Below are positions 9,858 through 19,759 of a stretch of 64,000 bases of DNA, piece by piece. Positions within the stretch are counted from its first letter, which is position 1, and each line of letters starts with the position of its first letter. The notes beneath the pieces were generated by a model, which saw only the letters and a program-made list of their open reading frames with translations, did not search any database and was not told the origin of the DNA. A program made the position numbers and the translations under genes. Origin of the DNA: an uncultured Verrucomicrobiae bacterium (GTDB taxonomy: Bacteria > Verrucomicrobiota > Verrucomicrobiia > Limisphaerales > Palsa-1400); assembly GCA_963707025.1 (NCBI GenBank), contig CAVPOM010000008.1, forward strand, positions 96,001 to 160,000, in the 5' to 3' direction.

Positions 9858-10327
9858 ATGCAAATCCAATTTATCACAGGTGACGCCACCGACCCCATTG
9901 GAGCCGGAAACAAAATCATCGCCCATGTCTGTAATGACATCGGCGCGTGGGGCGCAGTTTTTGTCCTGGCCATCTCCAAGCGATGGCCTCAGCCAAAGGC
10001 GGAATATCTGAAATCGCGGGGATGTCTGACACTCGGCACGGTCTCCCTGATCCAGGTTGAGCCCAGCATTTGGGTGGCGAACATGATTGCCCAAAGGGGA
10101 ATTCGCACCGAGGACAGGGTTCCTCCAATCCGCTATGCCGCGCTCAGGCAGTGCTTGGGAATATTGGCTGTCGAAGCGCGGAAACTACAGGCGACCATTC
10201 ACATGCCGCGAATCGGTTGCGGCCTTGCAGGCGGGAAATGGGATCCGTTGAGCCTTTGATTCGGATAGCAATCCCCACCACCGCGGTGTTTGTGTATGAC
10301 CTGCCGCCAACCGCGAAATTGAAGTGA
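9858..10327 (+). CDS. Macrodomain (Appr-1-p processing) protein (frameshift near 10243)
   Basis: ITGDAT, IIAHVCNDIGAWG, VANMIAQRG, HMPRIGCGLAGGKW; C-terminal VFVYDLP is in the next frame. Confidence 0.85.
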
Positions 10328-10416
10328 GACGGCCATTGACCGCCCCTGGCTGTCCCTGTGAGATCGGCCATTTCCGTGATTGACTCCAAACCCAAACCTG
10401 CATTACAAATTCCGCC

Positions 10417-10782
10417 ATGACCGATCTTGCCACTTTAACAACAACGCAACTCCGCCAAGTCCTCGCCATCAAGGAGCAGATCGAGACGCTGCAAGGCCAA
10501 CTCGATTCCATTGCTGGCGGAGGAGAAGTTCAATCCCCTTCAACTGAGGAAGCCCCCACTCCGGCCAAGCGCAAATATCACATGACCGCTGCCCATCAAC
10601 GCAAACTCATAAAGGCTCTGGCCAGGGCACGGAAGATACGCTGGGCCAAGGCGAAGGGAACCAAAACGAAGCCGACTAAAAAGAAGGATTGGCGCAGCAG
10701 CCCAGCGGTCAGGGCCAAGCTTTCAGCGGCGGCCAAAGCGAGATGGGCGAAGGCGAGGGCAGAGGGGAGGAAGACGTTGTAA
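10417..10782 (+). CDS. Small basic putative nucleoid-associated/DNA-binding protein
   Basis: N-terminal coiled coil (LRQVLAIKEQIETLQGQL) followed by two Lys/Arg/Ala-rich RWAKA repeats. Confidence 0.7.
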   Translation: MTDLATLTTTQLRQVLAIKEQIETLQGQLDSIAGGGEVQSPSTEEAPTPAKRKYHMTAAHQRKLIKALARARKIRWAKAKGTKTKPTKKKDWRSSPAVRAKLSAAAKARWAKARAEGRKTL

Positions 10783-10856
10783 GGTTGGCACGAAGTGCCT
10801 CCCTCCAGCTACCCCAAATGGCCGGACGCTTTCGCGGGGGTTAGGTTACCGCCGTT

Positions 10857-10942
10857 CTGACCACCCGACTCTGACCGGCCCAGTTCCTGACCGCTCCAGT
10901 TCCTGACCGCCCCAGCCCTCGACCGCCCCAGCTCCCGACCGC
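10857..10942. repeat. Imperfect 16-bp tandem repeat, about 5.5 copies (consensus CTGACCGCCCCAGYTC)
   Basis: Units start at 10857, 10871, 10887, 10903, 10919 and 10935. Confidence 0.85.
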
Positions 10943-11374
10943 TTATGTTTTTCCCAACCAACAGGCACTTGATAGACTAAAGTGCCGCGATCGCCTCAAA
11001 TCTCCCGGCAACGATGGAAAGACGTTGCTTCGCACCCAGCATCCCAGAACAGATGTCCAGAAAGGGAATCAGCAAAGTCGGGGTGCCGCAGGATTTTAAG
11101 AAATTCAGAAGCCACAAACGCTCGAATCGGGGCAGCCGCCTGGGCAACATCGTTCACGATGCTGGCGCGTCCATCCACCAATGTAACGATGCTGGTAGCG
11201 CCCGCGCTGAGACGAAACTTCCGCGCTGAAATCCTGCCTGGGATCGGCTTTTGCTGCTACGCAAGCTGACCGGAGCAACACGAAAGGATGTAACGCATCG
11301 AAGAATGAGATGGCATTGGAGGATGGCCATTCACCATCTTGACCTTGCTCGACGCAGAGCGGTTGAAAGCGAAG

Positions 11375-14300
11375 TTATCGCAGACTGGCATCCAGAATCA
11401 TTGCCCGAACCTTGATCCGCGCTTTGGACAACTCTGCTGCTTTGGCGTCAAGGCTCTCCTGCAACGCACTTTTGTCGGAGGGCGTCAAGTGCCTGCGGCG
11501 GTAATCTCCATCGTCCCATTTGTCACTGGTGAACCATCCCACCAAATAAACTCCATGCCGGCATGGGTTGTCTTGAAGGTAACGTCCGGCCAGTTGCGAT
11601 TCCAAGTCCGTCTCCAATTTGGGGTTCCAGGAACATTTTGTCTCGATAATGACACTGACCGTCTCATAAGAGCCGCCCTCCTCTTTCGCCACCGCATCCA
11701 CATGGATGTCTGTCTCCTGGCCGCGTCGAATCTCAACTTCACGTTTGGGAATGATGCCGCGTGAAATTAGATCGGTCTGGAGATGCTCCTTGGCAAGGTC
11801 CGCAAACGCGGCTTCGTCCTTCGGTCGAAATATGTTCTTGGCAACCTCATTCCAGAGATACTGGCGGAGAGGCGTCTCGCCTTGCAATTTTGCTCCCAGC
11901 TTGGAGAGGCTCTCCATGACAGCTTCCAGCAATTCATCGGCATCCCGGACGAGGCGGGCATCCCTTTGGTCGGCAAAAGCGAACAACTCGCCGGGGATGG
12001 GTGGCCGCCAGTTCTTCTTGCGTGTGATCGCCTTGGCGTGTGACAGCACTTGGTTGAGACCCAATTGGGGCAACCTGCTCTGGATGGATTCGATGGCAGA
12101 AAGGGTCGCCGGTGTTCCACGCTCGGAAAGATGTTGGAGCACTCCATCGCGCAATCGCTCGATCTTTTCCTCAGGGCCAACGAAATGGGCACGGGTGCGC
12201 CTGTTGTCCTTTTCATGCGGATAGTGCTCGACAAGCCAGCAATATAGTTCTGCAACTTGGTCTTCACTCAATCGATTAAGGAGCACGGTCGGCGTGAGAA
12301 AATAAGTGTAAGCAAGTCTTGCTACGAAATTTCTCCCAAAAGGGCCATCCTCGAGAATCAAAGGCCACAACGCATTCCAACTTCCTGGGGAATGCTCGAC
12401 CAAGATTCCAGCGGCAGCCAACGCTTTCTGACGGCTGGATTCATCGGCGGATGAGCGGAGATCAAGCAGCGATGAACCAAGTGAAACTGCATCGGTCTCC
12501 CTGTGCGCCATCAGGGCTTTGAGGAGGTCTGCCAGAGTATCCGGGCTGGTTTCCGGGTCTTTGGCGGTTTGGAGAACGAGGCCGGCAATCCGGCTGTCCC
12601 ACAAACCGCCCAACTTCCTCAAGACGGCCGGTCCTGCGGATTCCCGCTTCTCTTTTTGCAAGATTCTCGCAAACCATAACAGTGTGTCTTCCGGGACGAC
12701 CTCGTAGGCTTTTCGCGTCAAAATCGTGTGGGGTTCAAGTTCATCAAATACTGGATAACCCAGAATGATTGCGACCCACTTACTCCAAACACTGACGGGC
12801 AACGCGGGAAACAGGAGTGGTGCTTCCTTGTAAAGGAGATAAAGCGCCTTGAAGCCGGCTGCGGCCGGAAGATGGACAATGTTTGGTTCCGTAAACCAGG
12901 CATCGGGATTGGCGTCTTTGTCCCGGATATAAGTTTCCGCAGCTTTGATGATCCGGCCTCGAACTGACGAATCCGCCTCCTTCCAACCAGGCAATTGTGT
13001 AACGTCGGAAGCTTCTTCATTATCGTAATAGTTGCTCTTCGCTGTCAAGCAGAGTTCCCTGACCAGCAGCCAAAAGACATCTGTATTCCCGCCTTCGAAT
13101 TGCTCCAGAATTGAAAGGACTCTCTTATAGGGAGGCGGATCCAGTGGTTGTTGTGCTTCCGCTTCGTCTTGGTGGATGCTGGCGAGAGCTTCATACTCTT
13201 CACGCTCCCTTTTCGCTCTTTCTGAACCAAGTTCAATCGGACTCAAGTCGGGCAAGAATCGCTTGTGTGCGGCAGGGATTTTCTCCGCAAGACTCATGAT
13301 CCTTTCGGTTTGCGACCAATCCATTTTGATCCAAGCCAACTGCAACCACTGCGCCAGCACCGCCTGGCGCTCGCGGTTGTCTTCTCGCTCCAGATGATCC
13401 GCCAACCAGTTGAAATCATTTCGAGTCAGTATCGGACACTCCCCCATGAACATGGTCACCGACCCCTGGCTCTCATTGGCTTGCGAAAGTTCACACAGAA
13501 TTGTCTCGACAATATGCAACCTCAGTTGGTCGTCAGTCTTGAGCATCTGCAGCCACTCGTCAGACCGGATGTCCAAATCATGCTTTCGCAGCCGATCCAG
13601 GATCGTTCTTGAAAACTCATCAAGCACATCAGGTCCCTCCAGATTATTAGCAGCAATTTTGAGGATCTCCTCTAGTAGTTTGCCAAAGGAAGGACGAAGC
13701 CCACGTCGTGGCTTTTGCTGTCGCACCCATCTGAGCGCCTGTGGCAAATGTTCCGCCTTTATGTTGCCGATGAGCCGACGCGCTAGGAAATGCTTGTACG
13801 TGCCATAGAACCCGTTCTCTGGTGGAAGCGTCAGCACTGAAAAAAGTTCAGCACCGGACATTTGCTCCGGCCAACACGCTTCGAGGGCGCACCCCTTTAA
13901 ATCGTTTTTTGGGTCTTCTTCGGCGGATAGGTGGACCAGGGGCTTCAATCGCCCTTTTTCGGTCGCCAAACCGAGGTGGGCCACAAATAAAGCGGCGCCT
14001 TTGCGAAGCTGACTCTCCTCGCTGTGGTCCAACGCGATTTCCGCCAAGTCGTTGGCAAATTCCGTCAGTTCACAAGCTTCAGCGAGGTTGATTGCTTCCA
14101 ACCGGGCGTTCATTGACTTCGACCGGTCCAGGATGTACGGGCGGAGTTGGTCTGCCATTTTTGGATGCTTGAGTTTTGGCCACCTTTGACGCGAGGGAAG
14201 GCTGTCTAAGACTCCATCGTTGAGTTGTTTTAACAGGACTCTCACAAGTCCTTCTTTGTCTTCCTCGCCTGCGGACGAAATGTCGCTGCGCAACAGTATA

Positions 14301-16588
14301 TCCGGCTCGGTCTTGAACATAGCCTCACGGATACAGGCATCCATCGTCGCCAGCCAGGCTGCGGTTTCATGGAGTTGCGGAACCAGTTTTCCCTCGGCAT
14401 CTCCGTGATAGACCAACAACTTGAGCATTTTCTCAAGCGACATCTTGCTGTCATGAAGAAACTGAGCGGCCAGGAACTCGGCATACGTTTGATGCGCCCA
14501 TCCCAATCGGTTTTTTCCGCGAGAGCAGAACAATCCCGTATCAAGCGTTTCCTTCAGAATTTCATGGGTGACCGGAATTCCGGTTGCGGAAAAAGGCCCC
14601 GCACACAACTCGTCCAAAGTCAGGTCTGATTCCAACGGATCGCCGCAATTTGATTCCGTCCAAATCGCGTCCCGTTGGCACAAAATGGTCGCGGCCGCAA
14701 TGCGCGTGGCGATTTGAAACCGTTGGTCGCGCGTGAGCTTGCAAACTCCTTTCGCCCGTCTTCGGCCAGGGCTTTGCTCCTCGCAGAGAATGCGGCAGCC
14801 ATCTGCATACAGTTGCTTTTGGCTAAAACCATGCAAAGTGCCGCGTTGGAAGGCCAGAAGCAGGAATTTGAGCGTAATCGGTTTGAAGGCCAAAGCAACC
14901 AAGTCATGGTCGTCAATCAATCGCTGGAGAGCATTTGCGTCAATGCCACTGCCTTTGGCTGCTTCGCTGACATCGTTTCTGGTCAGCGGAGCCAATTCGT
15001 ACACGCCGAAGTCGGGTTCGAGCCATTTCGATTTCAGGGCTTGCTCCAATTCCGTCGGCCAGTCCGCCGTCCGGCACGCAATGCGGAGAGACAGACCTTT
15101 TACTGAGGGGAGTTGGCCGATCTCATCAGCCAATAATCCGGCGATGGTTTGCTGGTTCAAGAGCGCCTCGTCCAAGCTATCGAGGAAAAGATGAAGTTGA
15201 AATTCGCCGTTGGACCATCCCCGGAACTCGGGTGAACCAAACAAATCTTTCCTCAACCGTTCTTCGTTTCCATACGATTTAAGATCGAGAAAGAGCGGCT
15301 TCACCTTCGTGGCTTTCATCGAAGCATGAGCGGCTTTCACCGCCGCTCCGATGGCATGGCTCTTTCCCATCCCCGGCTCGCCCAACAAGACAAGGCATGG
15401 AATGGAGGCGATGGACTCATACGGCACCACTTCAGGTCGGGATTTGTCCCATGGAAATGAAGCGAGGTAAGGAAATCCGCCATCCGCGAGGCTGACTCTG
15501 CCTCCGCGGACCACCCACAATCGTTGCCAATTGAAGTCCCCGGCCGCCGGCAAGGTCCTTTGCATCGCTTCAATCAGACCGCCGGGTTTTCCCGGCAGAA
15601 GGTCAGCGCCGCCTCGCCTGGTGACGGGACGTTTGGGGATCGCCCGCAGCAGGTCATTTTCCACCTCGCGGAGGATTTTATCCTGTTCCGATTCCAGAAT
15701 GTAGGCCGTTAAATTCTCCTCGCGCATCGCGAAGACGCGGCGCCATACCGTGCTCAATGCCCGGGCTTGAGTTCTCCAATCAAACCAGCAAATCCCTTCA
15801 TCGAGAGCGCCAAGAAAACGCAACACCCTTTCGGAATCCGCAAAATACTCCTTTGCATTGCCGATATTCCGGACTTGGAAAACACCGGCGGATGTCATGT
15901 CCAACAGAGCATCTTGCACGCGACGCTGGGAATAGCCGAGTTCGCGGGCGATGCGCGTTGGATTAGAGGCTCCTTGCAACACGACGAAGGTAAAAACATC
16001 CGCGCGAATGCTCACACCAAACAATGCCCTTGCTTTGAACATGAAGTTCGCGGCGCTCCACTCCGATGCCGGCGACGCCAAGACAGGTGACGAAAGACCA
16101 CGCGTTTCCACAGGCGTGCGGAGCAATCCATAGGATTTGAAAGTGGCGTCTGGCTCCGAACCGGGCAGGAACAGCGGTTGGCCGTTTTTGCGGAATAGCG
16201 CCTCAGCCGACTTGTCCGGGAGTGGTTTTAACCTGGCTGCCAAGTTGCGCCATTTGGGTGTCTTGTCGTGACCCGACAGGGTGGCCGCGACAGCTCCCAA
16301 CACCTCTGGGGCGCAAATCCTGTCCGCATCAGACAACGCTGAAAGTCGGGCGACATTGATCCATCGGCCGTTCGTAATAAGCCAGTCGAGAACCTCGTCG
16401 AAGGTCCGCGGATCGTGCCGGGCGACCTCCAAGGTCAGCAGCAACAACGGCTCTGGGTCTATGACACGCGCTTGCTCCGGGGCGCGGGTGGCCATGACGC
16501 CGACGGCGGCCCACTGCTCAAGAACGAAGTTCAGTACCAGTTCGCTCAGTTTTTCCCTAAATTTGTTCAGCGATTCGCTCATAACCAA
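11375..16588 (-). CDS. 1737-aa multidomain protein: wHTH-containing N-terminal region + NACHT/STAND NTPase + helical repeats + C-terminal PD-(D/E)xK-like nuclease
   Basis: HTH NPTRIARELGYSQRRVQDAL; Walker A LLGEPGMGKS; Walker B LFLDSLDE; IACRT; WAHQTYAEFLAA; long helical region; C-terminal REVEI...TDIHVDA...IIETKCSWN. Confidence 0.8.
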   Translation of the reverse strand: MVMSESLNKFREKLSELVLNFVLEQWAAVGVMATRAPEQARVIDPEPLLLLTLEVARHDPRTFDEVLDWLITNGRWINVARLSALSDADRICAPEVLGAVAATLSGHDKTPKWRNLAARLKPLPDKSAEALFRKNGQPLFLPGSEPDATFKSYGLLRTPVETRGLSSPVLASPASEWSAANFMFKARALFGVSIRADVFTFVVLQGASNPTRIARELGYSQRRVQDALLDMTSAGVFQVRNIGNAKEYFADSERVLRFLGALDEGICWFDWRTQARALSTVWRRVFAMREENLTAYILESEQDKILREVENDLLRAIPKRPVTRRGGADLLPGKPGGLIEAMQRTLPAAGDFNWQRLWVVRGGRVSLADGGFPYLASFPWDKSRPEVVPYESIASIPCLVLLGEPGMGKSHAIGAAVKAAHASMKATKVKPLFLDLKSYGNEERLRKDLFGSPEFRGWSNGEFQLHLFLDSLDEALLNQQTIAGLLADEIGQLPSVKGLSLRIACRTADWPTELEQALKSKWLEPDFGVYELAPLTRNDVSEAAKGSGIDANALQRLIDDHDLVALAFKPITLKFLLLAFQRGTLHGFSQKQLYADGCRILCEEQSPGRRRAKGVCKLTRDQRFQIATRIAAATILCQRDAIWTESNCGDPLESDLTLDELCAGPFSATGIPVTHEILKETLDTGLFCSRGKNRLGWAHQTYAEFLAAQFLHDSKMSLEKMLKLLVYHGDAEGKLVPQLHETAAWLATMDACIREAMFKTEPDILLRSDISSAGEEDKEGLVRVLLKQLNDGVLDSLPSRQRWPKLKHPKMADQLRPYILDRSKSMNARLEAINLAEACELTEFANDLAEIALDHSEESQLRKGAALFVAHLGLATEKGRLKPLVHLSAEEDPKNDLKGCALEACWPEQMSGAELFSVLTLPPENGFYGTYKHFLARRLIGNIKAEHLPQALRWVRQQKPRRGLRPSFGKLLEEILKIAANNLEGPDVLDEFSRTILDRLRKHDLDIRSDEWLQMLKTDDQLRLHIVETILCELSQANESQGSVTMFMGECPILTRNDFNWLADHLEREDNRERQAVLAQWLQLAWIKMDWSQTERIMSLAEKIPAAHKRFLPDLSPIELGSERAKREREEYEALASIHQDEAEAQQPLDPPPYKRVLSILEQFEGGNTDVFWLLVRELCLTAKSNYYDNEEASDVTQLPGWKEADSSVRGRIIKAAETYIRDKDANPDAWFTEPNIVHLPAAAGFKALYLLYKEAPLLFPALPVSVWSKWVAIILGYPVFDELEPHTILTRKAYEVVPEDTLLWFARILQKEKRESAGPAVLRKLGGLWDSRIAGLVLQTAKDPETSPDTLADLLKALMAHRETDAVSLGSSLLDLRSSADESSRQKALAAAGILVEHSPGSWNALWPLILEDGPFGRNFVARLAYTYFLTPTVLLNRLSEDQVAELYCWLVEHYPHEKDNRRTRAHFVGPEEKIERLRDGVLQHLSERGTPATLSAIESIQSRLPQLGLNQVLSHAKAITRKKNWRPPIPGELFAFADQRDARLVRDADELLEAVMESLSKLGAKLQGETPLRQYLWNEVAKNIFRPKDEAAFADLAKEHLQTDLISRGIIPKREVEIRRGQETDIHVDAVAKEEGGSYETVSVIIETKCSWNPKLETDLESQLAGRYLQDNPCRHGVYLVGWFTSDKWDDGDYRRRHLTPSDKSALQESLDAKAAELSKARIKVRAMILDASLR

Positions 16589-17156
16589 TTCGTTCCAGCA
16601 CTTGGCAGAGGGCGGATTTGAACTCCGGACTGGCTTCTCGCCCGAGCAGCCAGGAGACTGCGGCCCTCACTTCATGTTCCTTCGGCTTGAGATCAAGCAG
16701 GTCGCTGAGGTGCCGGGTGCCTTCCTTCGGGTCCATGGCCGCGTACATTTTGAAATGCACCTGGTCAAAGCGGTTGATGAAATAAACTGTCAAACATGCT
16801 CCGTAGGATTTCTTAATGAGCCGCGTGGTCATGTTCAGCGGAAATCCAAAGGCGATCAGCGGACTGGCATGGAAGTTGAACCAGTCTTTCCGAATGTCTA
16901 ATTCAATCCCGATTTCCGCCACCAACCGTTCAACGTCTGCGGGCAGATTCTTGTCCGCCAGAACTTCAACATTAACCTGATTCACGCGAAGAAGTGCGAT
17001 GATATCAACGTCCTCTGTTGCCCGAGCCACTAAACCAACAGCGATGAGTGCAGTGCCTCCACACACCGCCACATTGAGCGGTTTCACCTCCGCATACACC
17101 ATTTTTCGATTCAGGTGGCTCAAGATTTCATTTATATTATCAGCCGATATACTCAT
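16557..17156 (-). CDS. DUF6036/AbiEii-like nucleotidyltransferase
   Basis: VCGGTAL...RATEDVDII (GG plus DxD pol-beta motif), WFN, FKMYAA.D...HLSDL; overlaps the start of the downstream gene. Confidence 0.85.
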   Translation of the reverse strand: MSISADNINEILSHLNRKMVYAEVKPLNVAVCGGTALIAVGLVARATEDVDIIALLRVNQVNVEVLADKNLPADVERLVAEIGIELDIRKDWFNFHASPLIAFGFPLNMTTRLIKKSYGACLTVYFINRFDQVHFKMYAAMDPKEGTRHLSDLLDLKPKEHEVRAAVSWLLGREASPEFKSALCQVLERIGYERIAEQI

Positions 17157-17167
17157 AAACGACGGTT

Positions 17168-17204
17168 TAATGCTTATATTAAGCGTTATTACGTCAAATG
17201 TCAA
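17168..17204 (-). promoter_or_regulatory. Sigma70-like promoter overlapped by an inverted-repeat operator
   Basis: Minus strand TTGACA (17204-17199), 17-bp spacer, TAATAT (17181-17176). Inverted repeat TAATGCTTA-N3-TAAGCGTTA at 17168-17188. Confidence 0.6.
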
Positions 17205-17530
17205 ATGGAAGTTTAGACTAAAATCGCTAAAGATGCAGAGGGCTTGGCACCAATGGATTTTGCCAAAGGGGCGCAAAGGCCCGGCAGAAAGCGTTCCAAG
17301 TGCCGGTACTGCGGCAGCCATTGCGCAAGAACGCTTCACATTTTAACGATTTTGTCAATTTGGCCGGCGACGGGGACGAACCGCGACCGCGCCCCTACCG
17401 CGCCTTCCATGAATACTTTGTTTCCGACCCATGAAGGCAAGGAGGAGTGCTGGGCCTTCGCCGCTTCACAGCGGTAACTCCGCAAGAGCCGTTGACCCCA
17501 TCCTGAGTTGCTGGTAGCGTCCACGTTGAG

Positions 17531-19653
17531 ATGAAAGCCACCCGATTGCTCCTGATGCTGGCGATGGCTTGGGGGATGCCCTCCAGGGGCTCAGGTTACC
17601 AACGGCCTGTTGGTCAACTCGTTTGAAACCAGCGCGGACCTGCTGCGATTCACGCGGAACAATTGCACCGTTTCTTCTTCGACCGAGGGGGTCACCGATG
17701 GGCAGAAAGCGGCCCTGGTCGTCTTTTCCAACGTGGATTGGCCCAACCTCCTTTTCAAAGTGGGAACGGGTTTTACCAACGGCGACTGGCGCGGCTGGGG
17801 CGCTGTGGCGATGGACATACTCAATACCAACCCGGCCAGCGTGATGGTGGACATCCGCGTGGATGACGACTTCTCGGCGGACGGAGCGAAACACTGCCAG
17901 ACCGGCTCCATTGGCGTTCCTGCGGGGCAAAAGGCTGCCGTGGTGATGCCCTTGAGCAAGAGCATTCCTCCTGGCATGAAAGGCGGCCCACCGATTTACC
18001 CTGGCGCTCTCCAAATGAACGTCTCCGGCCCCTCCATAGACCTTTCGCACATCGTCGCTTTCCAGATTTTCCTCCCCAGACCGGGCAGGCAAACGACCCT
18101 GTTCCTCGACAATATCCGCCTGTTGCCTCCGACGCCGCTGAACGGCTTGGCTGACCAGTACGGCCAATTCACGCGCGCCGATTGGCCGGGCAAAATCCAT
18201 CAGAACGCGGATTTCCAGCAGCAGGACACCGATGAAAAACAGTGGCTCGCCGCCCATCCGAAGCCTCCAGACCGGGATCTCTATGGCGCCTGGAGGGATG
18301 GTCCCCAGCTCACCAACAACGGTTTCTTTCGCACCGCCTTCGTGCTCAACGGGCAGGAGGTCAGCCCCGGTTCCGCGCCTGCCAACCAGGGTCGCTGGTG
18401 GCTTGTCGCACCGTCCGGGCGGCTTTTCTTCTCGCTGGGCGTGGACGTCATTGACTACGGAGAAACCACCCGCGTTGCCGGCCGGGAGAGCCTCTTCGAC
18501 TGGCTGCCAGGCCCCGGCGACCCGCTCCAGCAGTTTTCTTATCCCGGCCCCTCCAGGACGGCGGACTTTTATGGCATGAATCTTTATCGAAAGTACGGGA
18601 CCAACTGGAGGAGCCAGGCGCGTTCCCGCGCATTGGACCGGCTGGATTCCTGGGGCTTTAACACCATTGGTAACTGGTCCTCCAGCGATCTGTTTGACGC
18701 GCATCGCGTTCCCTACATCGTGTCGGTTGATTACAGCAATTCAGGCCTGGCCAAGTTCTTTTCCGCCGGCCAGCAAATGACGGATGTGTTTGATGCGCGT
18801 TTCCCCGCCCGGATGGCGGCGGGCATCTCCAACGCCGTTGCCTCCAGGAAGAACGATCCGTGGTGCCTGGGATATTTTGTGGAAAATGAACTGCCTTGGG
18901 CAGGCTGGGGCAGCGGCCCTACCGAGCAATACGCCCTGCCCATTGGCGTGCTGGCATCCACCAACGCCCTGCCCGCGAAGGCCGAGTTCGCCCGTCTGCT
19001 CCAGAGCCGATACTCCTCGATATCCCGGTTGAACACCGCGTGGAACACCAGCCTCGCTTCCTGGAACGACATTTCGAACCGCGCAGTCACACTTCCCTCC
19101 CCGCTGACGTCCGCCTATGTCGCAGACTTGGGCGGGTTCCTCACCGACTTCGCTGGCCGCTACTTCTCCATCGTCAGCGCGAACATGAGACGATTTGCAC
19201 CCAACCAGCTTTATCTCGGATGTCGGTTCGCATCCCAGCCAACCGAAACCGTGAGCGTTGCGGCCCAGTACAGTGATGTGGTCAGCTTCAACATCTACAA
19301 TCGAAGCCTGGATCCGAACACTTGGGGATTCGCCAGTACGCTGGGCAAACCCTGCGTGATTGGCGAATTCCACTTCGGCGCGCTGGATCGCGGAATGTTC
19401 CACCCCGGATTGGTGCGGACAGGAGACCAGGCGGACCGGGGACGGGCTTACCAGGAGTATATACGCAGCGTGCTCGCGCTGCCGGCATTTGTGGGGTGCC
19501 ACTGGTTCCAGGTACAGTGACGAACCCTTGACCGGACGTTTTGACGGGGAGAATTACAATATCGGCCTGGTTTCAGGCACCGACACTCCGTATGGGGAAC
19601 TGGTCGCCGCCGCGCGACAGATCCAGAGCGAAGTTTATACCCTTAAACAATGA
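17531..19653 (+). CDS. Secreted glycoside hydrolase, GH50 (beta-agarase/beta-galactosidase)-like (frameshifts near 17605 and 19512)
   Basis: Signal peptide MKATRLLLMLAMA; GRWWLVAPSG, WGFNTIGNWS, GYFVENELPW, IGEFHFGALDRG, GCHWFQ / DEPLTGRFDGENYNIG. Confidence 0.8.
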
Positions 19654-19759
19654 CTTTGTGGCCTCATGGTATTGACGTGGTTCCTGTCGTGACAACAGAC
19701 ACCAGTATGTATGATTCTTGCACCTGTTGCTCACCTCGATGGGGTGAAAGCAAGCGTTA

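Noticed and set aside
17466..18704. 412-aa minus-strand ORF
   Set aside because: Antisense shadow of the GH50-like gene.
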